Below are positions 60,063-64,000 of a stretch of DNA of 64,000 bases, in pieces. Numbering within the stretch: the stretch's first letter is position 1; each line of letters begins with the position of its first letter. The position numbers were made by a program, and so were the translations under genes. Location of the stretch: positions 32,001 through 96,000 of the forward strand of contig JAITVV010000070.1 of assembly GCA_031285625.1 (NCBI GenBank). Direction: 5' to 3'. The notes under the pieces were generated by a model. The model was not told the DNA's origin. It saw only the letters and a program-made list of their open reading frames with translations, and made no database searches. The DNA comes from Prevotella sp. (GTDB taxonomy: Bacteria > Bacteroidota > Bacteroidia > Bacteroidales > Dysgonomonadaceae).

Positions 60063-60151
60063 GGTTAGAAATTGTTTAATAGAAAGATTATAACACCTAA
60101 GAAAGTTACATTGAAAAAATAATGCAAAAAGTGTCACTTTTGTCACTTTTT
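60063..60151. repeat. Repeat B, copy 2
   Basis: First 30 bp 28/30 identical to copy 1; ends in the same TGTCACTTTTGTCACTTTTT. Confidence 0.8.
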
Positions 60152-60266
60152 TATCATAATGCGTTATTTACAAACCATTTAACCCGTTGGAGTCAGATCC
60201 ATATGTGTTACTTTTTTTGAAGTGCAAGATTTAGAGCTTTTTAGCTGCATTTAGAGTAAATCTGTG

Positions 60267-60274
60267 TACTTTTG
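60267..60274 (+). promoter_or_regulatory. -7 element for tldE operon
   Basis: TACTTTTG 19 bp upstream of ATG. Confidence 0.5.
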
Positions 60275-60292
60275 CAGACATAATAAAAAAAG

Positions 60293-61612
60293 ATGATTGA
60301 TAAACAATATAAAGATACAGCACAATGGGCTATGGAACTGGCTTTAAAAAATGGATGCCATGCCGCCCGGGTATCAATTATAACAGCAAACAACAACTCG
60401 TTTGAGTATAGGAATACACAGCTTGACAGGCTGCATCAGAGTTCAGAAAACAAGCTATATATAGAGCTATTCATAGATGGACGATATGCATCGTTTTCAA
60501 CAAACAGAATAGAAAAAGGGGAGCTGGAATCATTTATCAAAGAGGGAATTATTTCTACAAAATATCTGGCTGAAGACACTTGCCGTCAACTACCTGATAC
60601 TGGTAGATATTATATAAATAATGGCAATGACCTCGATTTGTATGATGCTTCTTTCGATAAGATAACTACTGACTGTAAACTGGATATAGCCAAGCAGGCT
60701 GTAGAAGAAATTTATCAGTCGGATGGCCGTATAATATCTGTTTCCTCATCTTATGATGATGGTGTAGGAGCAGAATATATGATAGCCAGCAATGGTTTTG
60801 AAGGAGAGAGTATTGATTCTGCTTTTAATCTGTCAGTTGAAGTATCTTTAAAAACAGAAGGTGACGCCAGGGCTGAATCTTTCTGGTACGATAATGCTGT
60901 ATATTGGGATGACCTGAAAAAAACGGGCATAGGTAAAACAGCTCTCGAACGTGCTCTCCGGAAAATAGGACAACGAAAAATCCAATCCGGAAAATATGAT
61001 ATGCTTCTGGATAATACGACAGCCTCACGTCTGTTGTCACCTCTGATCAATGCTATGTTTGGCGCTGCATTACAACAGAAAAACTCATTCCTGATAGATA
61101 AGCTTGGAGAACAGATCACGTCTGATAAGTTAACACTTAAAGACACTCCCCATCTTCAGCGTTCATTCGGGTCAAGGTGGTTTGATGGAGAAGGAGTAGC
61201 TACAAAAGATATGCTGATCTTAGATAAAGGAGTTTTGCAAACCTATTTTATAGATACTTATAATTCTCTCAAAATGAACGTCTCCCCTACTATCGCTTCA
61301 CCCTCTATAATTCAAACTAAATTAGGGGCTAAAGGTTTTGATGATATTCTCAGGACTGTACAAAAAGGAATTTGGGTAACGGGATTTAATGGTGGTAACA
61401 GTAATCCTACTACGGGTGATTTTTCATTCGGGGTCGAAGGATTTTTCGTTGAAAACGGTATTCCATCTACACCTGTCAGTGAAATGAATATTACAGGCAA
61501 CATTCTTTCTCTTTGGAAGAATCTTGCTGAGGTAGGAAATGATCCTCGTCCTACTTCTTCATGGCGTATGCCTTCATTATTGTTTAATGATGTAAATTTT
61601 AGCGGTCTGTAA
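60293..61612 (+). CDS. tldE: TldE/PmbA family protein
   Basis: FDGEGV, TTGDFS.G, EMNITGN; lacks HExxxH, consistent with the non-catalytic subunit. Confidence 0.9.
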   Translation: MIDKQYKDTAQWAMELALKNGCHAARVSIITANNNSFEYRNTQLDRLHQSSENKLYIELFIDGRYASFSTNRIEKGELESFIKEGIISTKYLAEDTCRQLPDTGRYYINNGNDLDLYDASFDKITTDCKLDIAKQAVEEIYQSDGRIISVSSSYDDGVGAEYMIASNGFEGESIDSAFNLSVEVSLKTEGDARAESFWYDNAVYWDDLKKTGIGKTALERALRKIGQRKIQSGKYDMLLDNTTASRLLSPLINAMFGAALQQKNSFLIDKLGEQITSDKLTLKDTPHLQRSFGSRWFDGEGVATKDMLILDKGVLQTYFIDTYNSLKMNVSPTIASPSIIQTKLGAKGFDDILRTVQKGIWVTGFNGGNSNPTTGDFSFGVEGFFVENGIPSTPVSEMNITGNILSLWKNLAEVGNDPRPTSSWRMPSLLFNDVNFSGL

Positions 61613-61613
61613 C

Positions 61614-63065
61614 ATGAAACTATTGCGGTTAATACTTATTTTCATCATATTCCCCTCATTATTATTTGCTCAAATTCCGGCAACGGAAGTCAGGGCAGTA
61701 TGGTTGACAACCAACTGGGGGCTCGACTGGCCTGCACAGGGCACCAGTGTACAATCCCAGAAAGAACAGTTATGCAGGATACTGGATCAGTTACAGGAGG
61801 CAAACTTCAATACAGTACTTTTTCAGACAAGAGCTCAGGGACGTGTATTTTATAAATCGAAAATAGAGCCGCTGAGCCCGTTTTTTAATCATGGCAACAA
61901 TTTTGACCCTTTGGCTTTTGCCGTAGAAGAGTGTCACAAAAGAGGAATAGAGTGTCATGCATGGGTTATAGCCTTTCCCATGGAGAAAGCAACAGTAAAA
62001 TATACAGGAAAGGGTAAGCGAAAAAAGAGTACAGTAGTACAGGACAAGCCTTCATATTATAAAAGTGTAGGGAACACGTGGTATCTTGATCCCGGAAGGC
62101 CTGAAACAAGAAATCTTATTGTCTCCTTAGTTAAGGAGATTGTCTCCAATTATGATGTGGATGGCATTCATTTCGACTATATCCGATACCCTAGTAATAC
62201 ACGAAAATTTCCTGATGAAGATACATACCAGAAATATGGTAATGGACAAAATATCTATGACTGGCGACGCGACAATATAAATACATTGATATCAGAAACG
62301 TATGATGCTATAAAATCCATAAAGAAATGGGTGCAGGTAAGTAGTTCTCCTTTAGGACGATACAAAGTGCTGCCTGATGTCTCCCCAAATGATGGATGGA
62401 CTGCCTATGAGACTGTCTTTCAGGATGCAGGCTATTGGATGAAAAACGATAAACATGATCTTGTTTTTCCCATGATGTATTATCGCGAACATAATTTTTA
62501 TCCTTTTCTCGATGATTGGGTTTCAAATTCGAACGGACGGATTGTAGTACCCGGACTAGGAGTTTACCAGATGGATGAGCAAAGCTGGCCATTGCAGGAC
62601 ATTACAGACCAGATGAAGTACATCCGCGACAAGAATGTGAAAGGGGCAGCCTATTTCAGGACAGGTAATATATTGAGCAACCTTAAAGGAGTAATGGATT
62701 CTATACGGGCATATTATGCTACTCCGGCTAAATTACCTCCATTAACATGGCTGAATAATGTAGCTCCAAATTCTCCTGTTAATCTGCAAGTATATAAGGA
62801 TAACCACCATCTTAATATCAAATGGGATGCACCTGATGAGGAGGAGGATTTTACCTATACCATATACGCCTCACCGATAGAATCTGTAGATACGGATAAG
62901 GGTGGCAATATTCTGGTAACAGGCTTACGTACCAATAGCTATTCTTTTCCTGTGAGGGATGGAGAGTTCGGTTATTACTATACTGTTACTGCATCAGATA
63001 GGTATCACAACGAAAGTGTTATTGCTTTCCCAGCATTTTTCTCACATTCGTTGAATGAACAATAA
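61614..63065 (+). CDS. GHL10 (YddW/DigH-like) glycosyl hydrolase with Fn3-like C-terminus
   Basis: EVRAVWLTT...DWP, NFNTVLFQ, DPL...VEECHKRGIECHAW, YDVDGIHFDY.RYP. Confidence 0.9.
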   Translation: MKLLRLILIFIIFPSLLFAQIPATEVRAVWLTTNWGLDWPAQGTSVQSQKEQLCRILDQLQEANFNTVLFQTRAQGRVFYKSKIEPLSPFFNHGNNFDPLAFAVEECHKRGIECHAWVIAFPMEKATVKYTGKGKRKKSTVVQDKPSYYKSVGNTWYLDPGRPETRNLIVSLVKEIVSNYDVDGIHFDYIRYPSNTRKFPDEDTYQKYGNGQNIYDWRRDNINTLISETYDAIKSIKKWVQVSSSPLGRYKVLPDVSPNDGWTAYETVFQDAGYWMKNDKHDLVFPMMYYREHNFYPFLDDWVSNSNGRIVVPGLGVYQMDEQSWPLQDITDQMKYIRDKNVKGAAYFRTGNILSNLKGVMDSIRAYYATPAKLPPLTWLNNVAPNSPVNLQVYKDNHHLNIKWDAPDEEEDFTYTIYASPIESVDTDKGGNILVTGLRTNSYSFPVRDGEFGYYYTVTASDRYHNESVIAFPAFFSHSLNEQ

Positions 63066-63548
63066 TTATTTCAACTCAGATTTTAACTGATCGATTGTCT
63101 TATGCAGAACCGGATGTACATAATCCCCAGCTATCTCAGCCAGAGGTAACAGTACGAAGGCTCTTTCGTGAAGATGCGGGTGAGGTAAAATAAGCTGAGG
63201 ATATTCAACTATCTCATAGTCAAACAGGAGCAAGTCAATATCAATAATCCTGTCTGCATAGATTTTATCATGGGATTTTACGTTTCGTCCCATCTCTTTT
63301 TCTATAGTTTGCGTTGCCTGCAATAGCTCTAGTGGGAGTAGTTTTGTTTCTACTTTGCATGCGGCATTTAGAAACTGATTTTCAGAGTCGAATCCTACAG
63401 GGTCAGTTATATAAAAAGCGGAAGTGGCAATCACTTTGCCAATCCGCTCCTCTATCTTATTTATTGCATGATCGAGATTCTCTCCTCTGTCTCCCAAGTT
63501 GGAACCGAGTCCTAAAAATACATCATGCATATTCTCTTTGTTATGCAT
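63066..63548 (-). CDS. folK: 2-amino-4-hydroxy-6-hydroxymethyldihydropteridine diphosphokinase
   Basis: LGLGSNLGD, FLNA, RIIDIDLL, LPHP.LHER.FVL.PL; start may be 63530. Confidence 0.95.
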   Translation of the reverse strand: MHNKENMHDVFLGLGSNLGDRGENLDHAINKIEERIGKVIATSAFYITDPVGFDSENQFLNAACKVETKLLPLELLQATQTIEKEMGRNVKSHDKIYADRIIDIDLLLFDYEIVEYPQLILPHPHLHERAFVLLPLAEIAGDYVHPVLHKTIDQLKSELK

Positions 63549-64000
63549 TAAACTATAAGCATTGCATCACCATATGTACCGAACTTGTATTTCTCCTTTA
63601 CAGCCAGTTCGTATATATCCATGATGCGGTCATAACCACCAAAGGCAGCTGTCATCATTAATAGTGTCGATTGAGGCAAATGGAAGTTGGTTACCATGGA
63701 ATCAGCTATACCAAAATCATATGGAGGGAATATAAACTTATTTGTCCATCCTTCATTTGTTTTCAGATGCCCGTCTGTACTTACGATTGTCTCTATAGCT
63801 CGCATTACAGATGTGCCCACTGCACATACACGATGATTGTTATCCTTCGCATTGTTAACAATGTCGGCCGCATCCTGAGTGATCTGTAATTGCTCAGAAT
63901 CCATCTTATGTTTAGTTAGATCTTCAACATCGATATCACGGTAGTTACCCAATCCTGAATGTAAAGTTATATAAGCGAAGTCCACACCCTTTATCTCCAG
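63548..64000 (-). CDS. queA: S-adenosylmethionine:tRNA ribosyltransferase-isomerase, 5'-truncated by window edge
   Basis: [35 protein letters not shown]. Confidence 0.95.
   Translation of the reverse strand: MEIKGVDFAYITLHSGLGNYRDIDVEDLTKHKMDSEQLQITQDAADIVNNAKDNNHRVCAVGTSVMRAIETIVSTDGHLKTNEGWTNKFIFPPYDFGIADSMVTNFHLPQSTLLMMTAAFGGYDRIMDIYELAVKEKYKFGTYGDAMLIV

Noticed and set aside
55326-61612. TldD/E plus GNAT and MATE as a RiPP (microcin-like) cluster
   Set aside because: No precursor peptide, YcaO or other maturase seen; TldD/E are widespread housekeeping proteases

Overview
AT-rich Bacteroidota (Bacteroidales) chromosomal segment, most consistent with Dysgonomonas or a close relative. Support: SusC/SusD pair, TAnnTTTG -7 promoters, and a QVTIG...GALLQLKE FISUMP protein. 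4.5-31.6 kb is a ~27 kb polysaccharide-utilization locus resembling the Bacteroides ribose utilization system (Rus). It encodes SusC/D, two ribokinases, a RusR-like regulator, a RusT-like transporter, an atypical GH13-like hydrolase with three F5/8 domains, a lipoprotein ADP-ribosylglycohydrolase and two GH172 enzymes. Embedded in it is a 7-gene, oppositely oriented cobalamin-dependent methyltransferase cassette: corrinoid protein, stand-alone MetH reactivation domain, MtaA/CmuA-like MT, two further URO-D-fold proteins, GH38-like lipoprotein and MFS permease. This is the leading candidate for an undescribed system, B12-dependent demethylation of methylated pentofuranoses. 32.7-64 kb is mostly housekeeping: prfB with +1 frameshift, S9 peptidase, lolA, trxB, ffh, pdxA, rlmN, pgi, gpsA, lysS, MATE, tldD/tldE, folK, queA. 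It also holds an inositol-lipid cluster with an ATP-grasp protein carrying ITPK1-like motifs, an orphan Imm51 gene, and a repeat-bounded outer-membrane-protein cassette splitting tldD from tldE. Several small palindromic dispersed repeats occur in intergenic regions. No rRNA, tRNA, CRISPR array or transposase was seen. All family calls come from motif recognition by eye, not database searches.
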